From assembly GCF_033153115.1 (NCBI RefSeq), contig NW_026889809.1:2666001-2730000 (forward strand): a DNA stretch of 64,000 nt, given 5' to 3'. Shown one piece after another: positions 28,168 through 41,221 of the stretch. This DNA comes from Saccostrea echinata (taxonomy: Eukaryota). Below the pieces are notes generated by a model, which saw only the letters and a list, made by a program, of their open reading frames with translations, made no database searches and was not told the DNA's origin. Made by a program: the position numbers and the translations under genes. The number at the start of each line of letters is the position of its first letter. Position 1 is the first letter of the stretch.

Positions 28168-28265
28168 ATCTTTGCTAGCCAAGGGTTTATGATCCACTAC
28201 TCTCTTCGTAAACCCTTGGATTTGTTAGGAGAGTAATTGATCAGAAAACCTTGGCTAGTTAAGGT
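28168..28265. mobile_element. Short palindromic MITE-like element
   Basis: CTAGCCAAGGGTTTATGATC ... GATCAGAAAACCTTGGCTAG; half copy at about 37552-37592. Confidence 0.55.
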
Positions 28266-28372
28266 AATAGAAAACCGAAGACATTATCCTTTACACTGGC
28301 TTCTCTTGGTCTTTGAAGAACATTTTATGTACAAAGATAAGGTGTTTTTGTCTCATTTTTATTTAACTTTTA

Positions 28373-31300
28373 TTTTTATGCCCCGCCATGAATATGGCCA
28401 GGGCATACAGTGTTTGTCATGTCCATCTTCTGTCCTTCTGTCCTTCCGTCACGCTTTGCATATAGCTCTGTTCAAAGCTCAGTTTCAAAGAAACTATCCA
28501 AGATATTTTTATCAAACTTCATATGCTGATAGATATTGATGAGAGCTATGCAACTGCATCAACTTTTTTTACCTTGACCTTTCCTTTGACCTTGACCTCA
28601 CTTTTCTTAAATTAGTGTTTAGCTCAGTTTTAAAGATACCATTAAAGATTTTGTTATCAAACTTCAAATGCTGATACATACTGATGAGAACTATTCAACT
28701 GCATCAACATGTTTTGACCTTGACCTTTCCTTTGACCTTGACCTCACTTTTCTTAAATTAGTGTTTAGCTCAGTTTTAAAGATACCATTCAAGATAGTGT
28801 AATCAAACTTCATATGTTGATACATACTGATGTAAGCTATTCAACTGCATCAACATTTTTTGACCTTTACCTTTCTTTTGACCTTGACCTCACTTTTCTT
28901 AAATTAGTGTTTAGCTCAGTTTTAAAGATACCATTCAAGATATTTTTATCAAACTTCAAATGCTGATACATACTGATGAGAACTATTCAACTGCATCAAC
29001 ATGTATTGACCTTTCCTTTGACCTGACCTCACTTTTTAGGTCACCTGAGTAAACTCAGGTGACCTATTGCTATCCGTTTTCGTCCGTCGTCGTACGTCGG
29101 TCGTCGGTCGTAAACTTTTGAACATTTTTAGCTTCTTCTCTGGAACCACTGGACCAATTACATCCAAATTTGGTATACAGCATTTATGGGTGAAGGGGAA
29201 CAAAAATTGTGAATTTCATGGTCCCTGCTCCCCTGGGGCCTGAGGGGTGGGGCTAAAACCACCAAAAATAATGCAATCTTTAAAAATCTTCTTCTTTACT
29301 CCTGGACATCAAGCAGTCAAACTGTTGGCATCATTGTAATAAGCATTGAGCCCTCTACCAAAATTGTGAAATTCATGGCCCCAGGGTCAGGGGTTCTGGC
29401 CCCAGGGTGGGGCTATATAGATCATATAGTGAAAGTGCATTATTTCTTTGAAAATCTTCTTCTCTGCTCCTGGGTATTAAATAAAGTTACTAAGTACATA
29501 GTTATGATAAGCAAGAGTGCCTCTTTCAAAATTGTGAAATTCATGGCCCCAGGGTCAGGGGTTCTGGTGTTAGGGAGGGGCTCTATTGATTATATAGTGA
29601 AAATGCATTAATTCTTTGAAAATCTTCTTCTCTGCTCCTGGGTATCAAATAAAGGAACTAAGTACATAGTTATGATAAGCAAGAGTGCCTCTTTCAAAAT
29701 TGTGAAATTCATGGCCCCAGGGTCAGGGGTTCTGGTGTTAGGGCAGGGCTCTATTGATTATACAGTGAAAATGCATTAATTCTTTGAAAATCTTCTTCTT
29801 TGCTCCTGGGTATTAAATAAAGTAACTAAGTACATAGTTATGATGAGCAAAAGTGCCTTTTCAAAAATTGTGAATTTCATGGCCCCAGGGTCAGGGGTTC
29901 TGGTGTTAGGGCGGGGCTCTATTGATTATATAGTGAAAATGCATTAATTCTTTGAAAATCATCTTCTCTGCTTCTGGATATTTAATAAAGTAACTAAGTA
30001 CATAGTTATGATGAGCAAGAGTGCCTCTTCCAAAATTGTGAATTTCATGACCCCAGGGTCAAGGGTTCTGGTGTTAGGGCTGGGCTCTATCGACTATATA
30101 GTGAAAATGCATTAATTCTTTGAAAATCTTCTTCTCTGCTCCTGGGCATTAAGGTGATAAACTAAGTACATAGTTATGATGAGGAGGTGGGCTTCTTCCA
30201 GAATTGTGAAAGCCATGGCCTCTGGGTCAGGGATTCTGGTGTTAGGGCGGGGCTCTATTGATTATATAGTGAAAATGCATTGATTCTTTGAAGATCTTCT
30301 TCTCTGCTCCTGGGTATTATTTAAGCAAACTAAGTGCATGGTTATGATGCATAAGGATGCCTTTTCAAAAATTGTGAATTTCATGGCCCCAGGGTCAGGG
30401 GTCTGGTGTTAGGGCGGGGCTCTATTGATTATATAGTGAAAATGCATTGATTCTTCGAAAATCTTCTTCTCTACTACTGGAGAATATTTAAACAAACTAA
30501 GTGCCTGGTTATGATGCATAAGGATGCCTTTTCCAAAATTGTGAATTTCATGGCCCCAGGGTCAGGGGTTCTGGTGTTAGGGCGGGGCTCTATTGATTAT
30601 ATAGTGAAAATGCATTGATTCTTTGAAAATCTTCTTCTCTGCTACTGGAGATTATTTAAACAAACTAAGTGCATGATTATGATAGACAAGGATGCCTCTT
30701 CCAAAATTTTTAAATATATGGCCTCAGTTTTTGGGGTTCTTGAGGAGGGGGAGGGGGGGCTCTATTGATTATATAGTGAAAAAGCATTAATTCTATTAAT
30801 TAATCATTATTTAATCCTGGTGGCTCCTTAGTGTTGAGCTGATAAATAAATTGCTTAGCTATGATGAAAATGGGAGCTTCGAACAGAATTTTTAAATCTT
30901 GTGGTCCTAGGGTCAGGGGTTCTGGCATAACGAGGGAGGGGGGGGTGGGCTTTTGATAATATAGTGAAAAGTGTTAATTCTTTGAAGTCCATAGTAATGA
31001 TGATGAGGGTAACTCTTCCGAATTTGTAAATTTCTTGACCCTTGGTCTTGGGTTCTGCTGTTAGGGTAAGGTTTTGTTGAATCTGTAGTGAAAACGCATT
31101 GTACCTGTGAAATTCTTCTCTGCTTCTGGGCATATCGGAAGCAAACTGAGTAAAAGTTTAAAAGATATGAGTAAGCGTATTTCTACCAGATTTTTAAACA
31201 TCTGGACCATTCGTCTAAGCATTCTGGTCCTGGGCAGGGCTCTTTTAATTTGTATTCTACTGAGAGAAGTTATTCCCCTTTTCCATTCACCTTTGATAAT

Positions 31301-32298
31301 TAATCACTGTAAATAATGTATTTGAAAGGTTAATAGAATAAGATAATTATGCAAGAATGTTTATCGTATAATTAAAAAAGTACTTTCTTAGTTTTAATAA
31401 TCAGGTAGACCTGTAAGTAATAGATAAATAAAAATGAGACAAAAATAACTTATCTTATTAAAAGTTCTTTAAAGACCATAAGACAGGTCAATGCTAGAGG
31501 TCTTAATATGGGTTTAAAAATAGTACAGAAGCACTAATAGTTTGTTAATAGTCTGCATGGTGATAGTGTTAAGTGGGGGACAGATTAGAACTCAATTTCT
31601 GAGTTGATAGTGAATAATACTAGACTAATTATTTTGTTGATCCTGATCTTCCTACTTCTCTTGTTTTTGTTCCTCTGCTCTGCCTCTGGGTATTAAGTGA
31701 TCAAAGTAAGCATGCTAAGTGTATAGTTATGATGAGCAATAGTGCCTCTTTCAAAATTGTGAATTACATGGCCTCTGGTTTAAAATACAAACCAAATTCA
31801 ATTGTTGGAAAGTTGTTACACGATACTCAGGTGACCTATAAGGCCCGTGGGCCTCTTGTCTTAAATTAGTGTCAAACTTCATATGCTGATACATACTGAT
31901 GAGAGCAATTCAACTGCATCAATATTTTTTGACCTTGACCTTTCCTTTGACCTTGACTTCACTTTTTTTTTAAATTAGTGTTTAGCTCAGTTTTAAAGAA
32001 ACCATTCATAATATTTTTATCAAACTTCATATGCTTATACGTACTGATGTAACCTTTTCAACTGCATCAACAATTTTTGACCTTGACCTTTCCTTTGACC
32101 TTGACCTCACTTTTTTCTTAAATTAGTGTCAAACTTCATATGCTGATACATACTGATGTAAGCTATTCAACTGCATCAATATTTTTTCACCTTGACCTTT
32201 CCTTTGACCTTGACCTCACTCTCTCAATTTGTGTTAAAATATTGCATTACTAATATACCCTTGGCGGGGCATTCATGTCCTTTGGACATATTTCTAGT
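28373..32298 (+). mobile_element. Pearl-type HINE with ~146-bp cores, interrupted by another HINE
   Basis: ATGCCCCGCCA ... TGGCGGGGCAT subterminal inverted repeat; GACCTTGACCT-rich cores on both sides of the insertion; 3' hairpin ATGTCCTTTGGACAT. Confidence 0.8.
29033..31859 (+). mobile_element. Nested HINE with ~169-bp cores (same family as 22712-24957)
   Basis: Same termini and core; inserted in a T-tract of the host core (CTCACTT^TCTTAAATTAG). Confidence 0.85.
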
Positions 32299-33429
32299 TT
32301 AATCTTTTGACCATTAAAAAGCTACAACGCAGCTCTGTTAAGGCTGCATAAAGGGGGCGGGGCCTAATTTATACGGGAAAAGTTTACTGTGACATCACAC
32401 AAATATACATGTAGCAATTCCTCACAGTAACAGAAAATGAAATAATTTGCGAATCTAAACTGCATAAGAGTAATGAACTACATCAAAACTTACCAATGCA
32501 TTCATTTTTGTCGCTAGTTAAATCGCACACAGCAAGATATAAACAAGTCACTGATCGCAATGCACTTGTCGACATGACGTCATCGTGGTAAAGTTTGACG
32601 CATTTTATGTGCAGTGAGAGGCGGATCAAGTAATTTTTTCACAGTGAAAAATGCATTTTATTATCAAACAGAATATTATTTGAAAATCTTAGGTAGACCA
32701 TTAATACAAATCTGAAACGTTTGTTTATTGCCATTATTTAAAAAATATCGAGAGAATGTACTGAATTAATTCTACCGTGTTTTTGTATACAGGGTGTGCA
32801 TGTTTCACGCCGAGGTGCCTCATTAAATCGCCTTTTCGCAAGGGCATACACTTCATAGATCTTGACCATTTTTTGAATACACATAATGGACATATTCCTT
32901 AACTTGAAAAGTGCTGCTGCTTTCCTCAAATCGATAGCTTAACTTAATAAATACATAAAATACTTGGTAAAGGTCACACATATTGCGACATTAGTAAGAT
33001 AACTTGAAATTTAAACTAATAAAATGCGAATTCTATTTAAAGCAGCAGCACTTTCCATAAACTACAAGTTATGTAGAAACAATCCAATACTTTAATTTTT
33101 CATTTTAACTAGGGTATGCCCTTGCGATATTGAAATTTGTTTGTGACCTACATACAATACACATTACATGCATTTATCACGTGACTATCAAATAACGTGA
33201 CCAAACCAAATTCACTACAGAGCGGGGTATGCAATGTTATTTCAAAGAATATTAAAGTCATAAGATAATATAGTACCTTTACAAAATTGAAATTCATTTT
33301 AATAAGGTATGTATTTATGCACGTTTATATTCTGTTGATTTCTTCGAAGTACGCCTTAACAGTGCTGCGAAAAGATCTTTTTGTATTACCTGTTGAAAAC
33401 ATTCTTATTTAATTCTCTTATTCAATTGA

Positions 33430-33785
33430 GCTTTCAATTAGATTATTTACAGTGATTAAATATGATAGGTGAATAGCAAGGGGAAATAACTTCTCTCAGC
33501 ACAATACAAATTAATAGAACCCTGCCCAACACAGAACACCAGACTAAGTGGTCCAGAATTTCAAACATCTGTTAAAAATATCATTGTACTCTCAGACTGT
33601 TTGTTCCCTAGATGCCCTGAGGCTATAAATAAGGGGGAAAAATCATTTTTACAACGTAATCAATAGAACCCCATTCTTACACCAGAACCCCGACCCAGGG
33701 GTCAGGAATTTCAAAATTTTGGGACAGGCAACCCTGTTTATCATTACCATACACTTAGTTTTTCTGCTAAATATACTGGGGTAGG

Positions 33786-33816
<31 letters not shown>

Positions 33817-33932
33817 CACTATATAATCAATAGAGCCCTGCCACATAACCAGATCCCCTGACTCAGGGCCCGGGCCATGAAATTCACAATATTAGAAGAG
33901 ACACCCTTGCTCATCATATATAACCATACACC
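33430..33932 (-). mobile_element. Decayed HINE fragment (169-bp family)
   Basis: Reverse-complement match to the core and internal region of 29033-31859. Confidence 0.6.
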
Positions 33933-34610
33933 TTTGGTAGTAATGTAGATTGATTATATATGAATAGATATGAATAAAAAGTAAAACTCTTTAGAGCATT
34001 CGATTTAAAAGTATTTTATTAGCGAAAGTGGGTATCCTATGTAAGGAGTTCCATACCTTTATCTTTTTTATACACCCCATTTTTTAAAAGTCTGATTTAA
34101 GCGATCCAAAAGCCTGTGGTTTTACTCGTTCTCTGTGTCTCTATGTGTTTGAATATTTTTCATATTTATCACTGACCACTGTGATTTTTCTTGGATTTAT
34201 TATGTATTCCGATGTCTCAACTGACATCATAAAGAAACGCTGGAATTCTGTCTATTTTACAGCTCCTGTCACACTAGGGCTGCTGTTCCACAGAGTTGGC
34301 GAGGCGGTCTTAAATTTCTGGGATCACCGTGGAATGACAAATCATTATGTCACGGCGACCGAGGCCTTTCGGAGCTCACGCGGCATGCTACTGCGTTTCT
34401 ACGGAGTTCTTACTGACGATTACCTGCATCAGTGCTCTTCAGGCCCCTAGGAAGCAATTCCAGTTGGGGGGGGGGGAGGGGGGCACAGTCATACATTTTC
34501 AGTTGGGGGCACTATCAACTACTAAAAATTCCTTGACAAACAAACAAACAAACAATCAAAGTACTGAAAGTACTACTACGAGTTGATGGTATTGATTATA
34601 TAATGTTTAA

Positions 34611-34814
34611 GGAGGCTGGGGGTCAACAAATTAACCATCAGATATAACTTATTTTTTTAGATATGATATCTTAAGCTGTCAACTATCATTTGGCAAAGAA
34701 AAAATTCATACATTTTAGTTTTAAAATTTGATCATTTTTGTATATCTTTATATGGAGCTCTTCTTTTAAAGGAGATCAATATAGTCTAAAAATGGCCACG
34801 ACCACCCAGCCCTC
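34611..34814. mobile_element. TTAA-flanked MITE (Kolobok-like)
   Basis: TTAA|GGAGGCTGGGGGTC ... GACCACCCAGCCCTC|TTAA. Confidence 0.7.
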
Positions 34815-35320
34815 TTAAATGAGTTGAGGTCTCTAGTCCATATATGGATATGTGATATTATGTTCAATGATGAAAGCTATCACTTTAAAATCTTTTCTTT
34901 TTGTTTTCTTTGAGAAATAAAATTATATCATTTTATTTACACCTTTTGCAACATGTATTTTTAACATGTATATTTATTTTTGTTCTTTAATATTTACTGG
35001 AATGTATGATAATTTATCACAAATCGAACCCTTAAACATAGAAAACAAATAATACTAGCTAGTTTTGGGATTTTTCATAAAATGGCAATGTAGCTTGCAT
35101 TTAAAGTAATTCGTATTTTTACAAAATATTAAAGGATACCATCATTGAAATGGTCACAGAGCACAGACTATCATCATTAAAACTACCGAGAACAATTTTT
35201 GGTCACTCGATGTCATTTGACAGAAATATTATATATCAAATGACTAGAAATTTCAAATAGGGACAAATGGCACAACTGTTGTAAAATCATATAACAGTAT
35301 TAAAACAACTCCTAAATAGA

Positions 35321-35321
<1 letters not shown>

Positions 35322-35358
<37 letters not shown>

Positions 35359-35388
35359 AAGAAAGAAAGAAAGAAAGAAAAAGAAAAA
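35322..35388 (+). repeat. Poly(A) plus (GAAA)n simple repeat
   Basis: Seen directly in the sequence. Confidence 0.9.
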
Positions 35389-38300
35389 GCCTTAAACACA
35401 CATATCTAAAACTAATAGGTCAAACCTACTATAGTATTACAAATAGGGAATTATTATTTACAAATAGCGCAAATTGAATTATTTTATTAACATGCTTATT
35501 GAATATTTTCACTGCTTTCTTAAACTGACAAACAATTTGACATTTTCAATGCACATCAATATGTTCCAATTCATTTATATGTAGATTTCATAATTCAATT
35601 TTCTTGATTTAGTTACTATTGAAATTCAACTCCTTTTTTCAAAATTTACATGCACATATGATATTTCAAATCTTTTGATTTAGCCACTCTTGATATTCAG
35701 CCCCCTGTCTTTTATGATCATTCACAATAATATTCTTGATTACGCTACTCTTGGAATTCAACTTCTTGACATTTAATTGAAATGAGCATTTTATATGTTA
35801 TTTCGGTTAGTTTAGTCACTCCTGAAATATAACTACTTGACTTTAATTGACATGCACATTTTATATATCATTTCTCTCGGTTTAGCCTTTCTTGAAATTC
35901 AACTACTTGACTTTCATTGATACATGTATATATTTAAAAATTCGTTCGGCTTTTCGACTTAAGACTTTAAATTCATCACAATGACATGATATTGACTATT
36001 TACATGATCTATCTACTATTGAATTAATTTGATTTCTTGATCATTTCACATTTATAAATATGCATTTCACATTTAATTTATCAATAACATCCCACTTAAT
36101 TTTTTGTTTTTATTTATCGCCTTCAGTACTATTAATTCACTTTATAACATGGCCAGCATCTGGTAGCAAAACACAGCTGGACATATTAAAGAAAACCACT
36201 TTCCAGTGTAGTGCCAACAATTGAGATAAGAATCATAGGCGTGTTAAGTGACCATTGCTGTATTTAAAGCTTGCTGTGAAACAGATCTAGATTGTGGAAG
36301 ACAGGAATTCTCAACATTGTTTTTAACAGGGAAAAAGAAATTGGAGCACAAAGTTGTCCGCTGCTGAAAAAATCTGACCCTTTAAGCAATCGAAATATTT
36401 TATTGCTTGCACAAGAAATAAGAACTTTAATTTTAAAATTGTTTTTTCAACTAGTACAGCTCATTTCTTCCGTTTGAGATTAGTAGCTGATTTACTTCGA
36501 CCTTCCTTACTGCATACTTCTCGCCTTGTTTACAAATATAGGAAGTGTTCTCTGTGTTGAACGATTCATCACTAACGCGGAAAAACTGCTCTGTTCATTA
36601 GCATAACAGAGCAAGAATTACTTTATTTATATACCACCAGCACGTCAATCTTTTAAAAATAACCTGGTTTGTAAATGTTCAATTTTGTGAATTTTCTTTA
36701 AAAATCTGTTTTCAAAATACTTCTTATTATATAAAACATTTATTGATTTATAAATCAAAACTTTGTTTGCACGACATGTCACTTTTGTTGACCGCATGCC
36801 CCTAACACTATTTTCTTTCGCGGATGGACACAAATTCCAATAAAATTGATAATAAATATTTATGTTTATAAACACTTTAAAGCATATCAGGAAACATATT
36901 CTTGTTCTGTAGATTATGAAAACGGTAAATAAACCAATATTATACAAGAACCTGTACGCAAAATACTCAAATGAAAATGTGATTAGTTTCGATACATTGG
37001 GGAATCCCTTACAAGTCACATAACATGAGTTGATACCATCAACTCGTAAAAACGTCATCAGACGTTTTTATTGAGGGGGCACAAGTATATAGTACCTATG
37101 TTTTCTATAGTATAATTAATCTATATATCGGCAAAATTATTGGGGGGGGGGGGGGCGCCCGCCCCCCGGTTCCTATGGTAATACTCTTAACGTGCTAGAA
37201 GGACTTGTCACTTCGCGTTCATGTCATATGTACAATGCGCTGACTGCGTGCACAAGATGTTCTTTCGACGCAGTACCATCCCAAATGACTCTGAGAGGTC
37301 TCTGTGCAAGTGCCGTCGACTATACCACTGCGTTCACACTGCGATCATGAGCTTCATTTGAGCGCGCCAACGGAGCTCTTGCGGCGCTGTGCCGGAGACC
37401 TTACCGCGCTGTTACAGACTGTAATTTACAGTGATCATACATTTAAACTTGTGAACAGGAACCCCCTCCCCAATATTCAACCTCGGAGCTTCTTGGACAT
37501 TTCGTCAAAAATTATATATTGAATACACTTATTTATTATGTATATGATATGCATCTTCGCTAGCCAAGGGTTTCTGATACGCTACTCTCCTCATGATGTA
37601 TGATATGAAGAATCTGGAAAAAAAAAACCCGCAAAATAATCGTTCCATACCAAAAATACCCCACTTTACATTCTCTTTTATACTGTAAAGTGGAGTATTT
37701 TTTGAATGGAATGATTACATAACAGTATAATAGGGATGTTAAAAAAACCCAATGATTTATCTTAGATATTTCACTCTTAATTTACGGAAAATTTACTAAA
37801 TAGGCTATATTTCAGGTGGCCCATATGGGAGGTGGGCAAAATTAAAATTTCCTTGTTATAGATTTTTGGGGGGTTTAAAACTGATGACATGGTTTAATTA
37901 TATTAGTTCGGTGTTTCCACACATCTTCTGAAACTGTGGTAATTTTCATGAAAAAATTGCCTAAAATTGATTTTTTAAAAGATAAAATATTAGGTCTGAT
38001 AAAAAAGATGGTGCATTGAATTCGTAGAACACCATACCTTCAAATATCAAAATATCAACAAAATATTTAGTATTTGGAATTCTTATGCCTATTATCCAGG
38101 CCCGTAGGGAGCAATTTCGGGGGGGGGGGAGTTACAGCCGTACATTTCAGTTGTTGTGGGGGGGTGGGGTGGGGTGGGGTCATTGTACACAGATGTGATA
38201 CATGTTCTATTTAGTACTATTCATTTCCTTTTCATTGTAATAATTTCATACTTGTCTGTTCTGGGCTCTAAATTTAGTGGTGGTTATATAACTAGGTGGC

Positions 38301-38769
38301 AGTAACTGCACTTTTTTTGTTAAAAGTAATGAAAAACAATTTTTAATGTTTTAATTAAGTGTTAATTAGGTCAAACTAATTAAAAATTAGATGATCCGAA
38401 TCCGCTACCATTTGAGAAGCAGTAACTTATTTGGAACATCTTTTAATACCAGATTGTGTTTTAATTAAGCTCATTACTAAGTGTAACAAAGAGTAACGCG
38501 GGATGTTGTGACAGTTTCTATATATTCGGTGATACTCCTTAAATCTCATAATTCAAGAGCTTCCTGGAAATATATATCGAATCTGAATCTCCATCGGGGC
38601 TTTGCCCTGGATCTACATGGGGCCTCAAATCGGCCCCAAACTCCTGCCTCTGAAAACAATGGAAATTTCTGGATCCGCTCCTAAAATTCTATAAATAACG
38701 TGAATGACTCGTGACTGCTTCACATATCGTGCCAAATACTAGAACATGAGTTTCCTGATCTAAATTAGG

Positions 38770-38860
38770 AAATTGACGTAGAGTAGGTGTGCTCTTTTGG
38801 CCAATGAAATTTAAGGAAAAAATGAAATTGGCAAAACTCCAAATTTTCTGATGCAACTAT
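38770..38860 (+). promoter_or_regulatory. Candidate ATF4 upstream elements: CRE-like TGACGTA, CCAAT box, CARE/AARE-like TGATGCAAC
   Basis: Motif matches at 38775, 38801 and 38849, about 300-400 bp upstream of uORF1. Confidence 0.35.
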
Positions 38861-39165
38861 GACTGTTTGTTTACTAGAATATCCTTGTGCAATGAAAATA
38901 GTTCCAGTATCTATGAATTGTTAATTCATACTTTTTCCTTAAAATAAAGCTTCAATATAAATTTTGTAAAGAACTATTAACTATCTTAAATCAGGTATAT
39001 CTAGTTTCATTAAAAAGAGAGTTTTAATTCTATTGCTCAGTAACATGACCTTGGTGATTTAGCCTACTACGGGCAGCAGTACACGTCGTGATCATTCGTT
39101 ATGTGGACAACAAGACAGAAAGCACGTATCTATATTTATCCAAACTCGTACGCGAGCGATTAACG

Positions 39166-39177
39166 ATGGCTGCTTGA
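39166..39177 (+). promoter_or_regulatory. ATF4 uORF1 (Met-Ala-Ala-stop)
   Basis: ACG ATG GCT GCT TGA; three codons, like mammalian ATF4 uORF1. A further ATG GTG TGA follows at 39181-39189. Confidence 0.75.
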
Positions 39178-39244
39178 TAAATGGTGTGACCTTCACGCGT
39201 GCGAAAGCTTAGGCTTAGCACAAAGACAACTTTAATATATAATC

Positions 39245-39714
39245 ATGGCGTAAGTATATATTATAATACTCTGTATATTGTGTACAATGTACCACCATAA
39301 TTCTGTACAAAATGGCGCCTTATTGTATCCATATTGCATGTCCGGAAATTCTTGATAGTTGGCCAAAGATGGCCATATGTATGATTAAAGTCGCTTTGTA
39401 GACTGAAATTTGAAGCTATGTTGTTAAGTCTATAATAAAATGTTTCCTGGAATATTTCATGCAAATTTAACTCATTATTTTTGTAGATAACTAATTGAAT
39501 AAATGATATGAAATTTAATTTTTGCAGGCTTTACCCGCAATTCATCGAGGCCTTGGCCACCACTTCACAATTTTCACAAGAAACCCCCCTATTTAGTAAA
39601 TTTTTAACCACCAACAATGGATATGGAAGTTCTAGAGATGGAGCAGTTCCCATTGTTCGAGGATTTGGCAGTGCTGGACGAAGTCGATTCGTCCACCATC
39701 TCGCCGGAGTATGA
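39245..39714 (+). promoter_or_regulatory. ATF4 overlapping inhibitory uORF (63 aa; exons 39245-39249 and 39528-39714)
   Basis: ATGGC|gtaagt...ttgcag|G CTT TAC gives MALYPQFIEALA...HHLAGV*, overlapping the ATF4 CDS out of frame by 98 nt. Confidence 0.8.
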
Positions 39715-40797
39715 GGACAATGGGGAAAAGTATTTCCCTGGTAATGACCCAGCTCCCAAACTGGTTATTGACCAGGCCGGCAAGGAAGTGCTGGACGAAC
39801 TCCTCCTTCTGAGTCAAGATGGTAAGCATGGTTGTTGATACAATCAGTTTGGTAAAGTCTTGCTGAGCATCACCTTATTAATGTGTTTCCCAAAGTAGCA
39901 AATTCACATGATGTTTTTTACATTTTAGATCCATTGGACCTTGACTGGATGGAGACCGGAAGTCTCGAGCAGTTCCTTGAGGGCATGGGAGCAGGCCAAA
40001 ACACTCCGACGACGCAAGAGGTCGAAAAAGCCAGCGAGCCAATCATTGTGATAAAAGACACAAATGTAAACCACAGTGTTTTACATGATTTGCTCACACA
40101 ACCAATTACAATTAAACAATCTCCACCGGTTAGAGTGAGTCCTACACCTGTGGTTCAGCAAGAGTTGTCTCATCTTGATTTACTAGATGAAAGTGTTCAT
40201 TTGACTTCACTTCAGTCTGTTGCTGCGAGTTCCAGCAGTGACATGATTGAGGTACCAGCAGAAATCTCATTTGACTCGGGTTACGGAGTTACGAGTCTGA
40301 ACACTTCATCCTCCTCGCAGCATGACTTACTTGATGTTGGAAGTGTTGATAGCCTTATCAGTTCTCCTCTCTCTGCAGAAGAAATAGACAGTTTGTTATC
40401 AGGATCGGAGCCGTCCTCACCGAGTAGCCAGAGTGATGGCAACGACCCGGATTACTCCCCCCAACAAAGCGATGATGAGGATTATAAACCAAAGTCACGG
40501 TCCAGTGGGAAACAGAAGACCAAACAAAGGAGATCTGGGCCATACAGTACTACGGCAGAAAATCGGAAGGACAGGAAACGAGATCAGAACAAAAATGCAG
40601 CAATTCGATACCGCAACAAAAAGAGAGAGGAGGCAGATGTTCTCAAAAAAGAAGAGGAAAAACTTGCAGAGAAAAATAAAGAACTTAATGATAAAGTCAG
40701 TCAGTTGACTCGCGAAATTACATATATGAAAGACTTGATTTCAGAAGTTTGTAAAGCTAAAGGATTGAAAGTAACGTTCAAAAACAAATCTCATTAA
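39617..40797 (+). CDS. ATF4: bZIP transcription factor ATF4/ATF5 family, 357 aa; exons 39617-39821, 39929-40797
   Basis: LDWME motif, degron-like DSGYGVTS, basic region RKRDQNKNAAIRYRNKK plus zipper ending REITYMKDLI; uORF leader. Confidence 0.93.
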
Positions 40798-41173
40798 ATT
40801 TTCTCCTAATCATTTACCAGGGATTGATTGTATGTTGTGTAAATAGTCATTCATTGTACAAATTCATTAAAAATACAAATGCATGTTAGTGTTTGGTTGA
40901 TTGATTCCAAGCCATTTTGAAATGGTTTCTTTCACTGGATTTGAGGAATTGAAGTAAAACACCGATTATCATTAATGCAAACTCGCTAATGAATTCATGC
41001 TTACACTAACTTTACAGTGTTCATTTTCCGGATGAGTGACCAGGTTAAAAGTTTTTAGAGCAGGTCTCAATTCCAAGTAACTTCATAAGCCCTTTGTTGA
41101 CCAAACTTGCATGGATGATGCATCTAAAGATGCACACTACCAGGCTTGCTTTGGATGCTGTAGCTGACCGACA

Positions 41174-41221
<48 letters not shown>

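Noticed and set aside
34270-37420. GC-rich blocks and ORFs 34145, 36645 and 37304 as a gene
   Set aside because: No coherent exon chain or motifs; they look like interrupted transposon fragments whose boundaries I could not fix.
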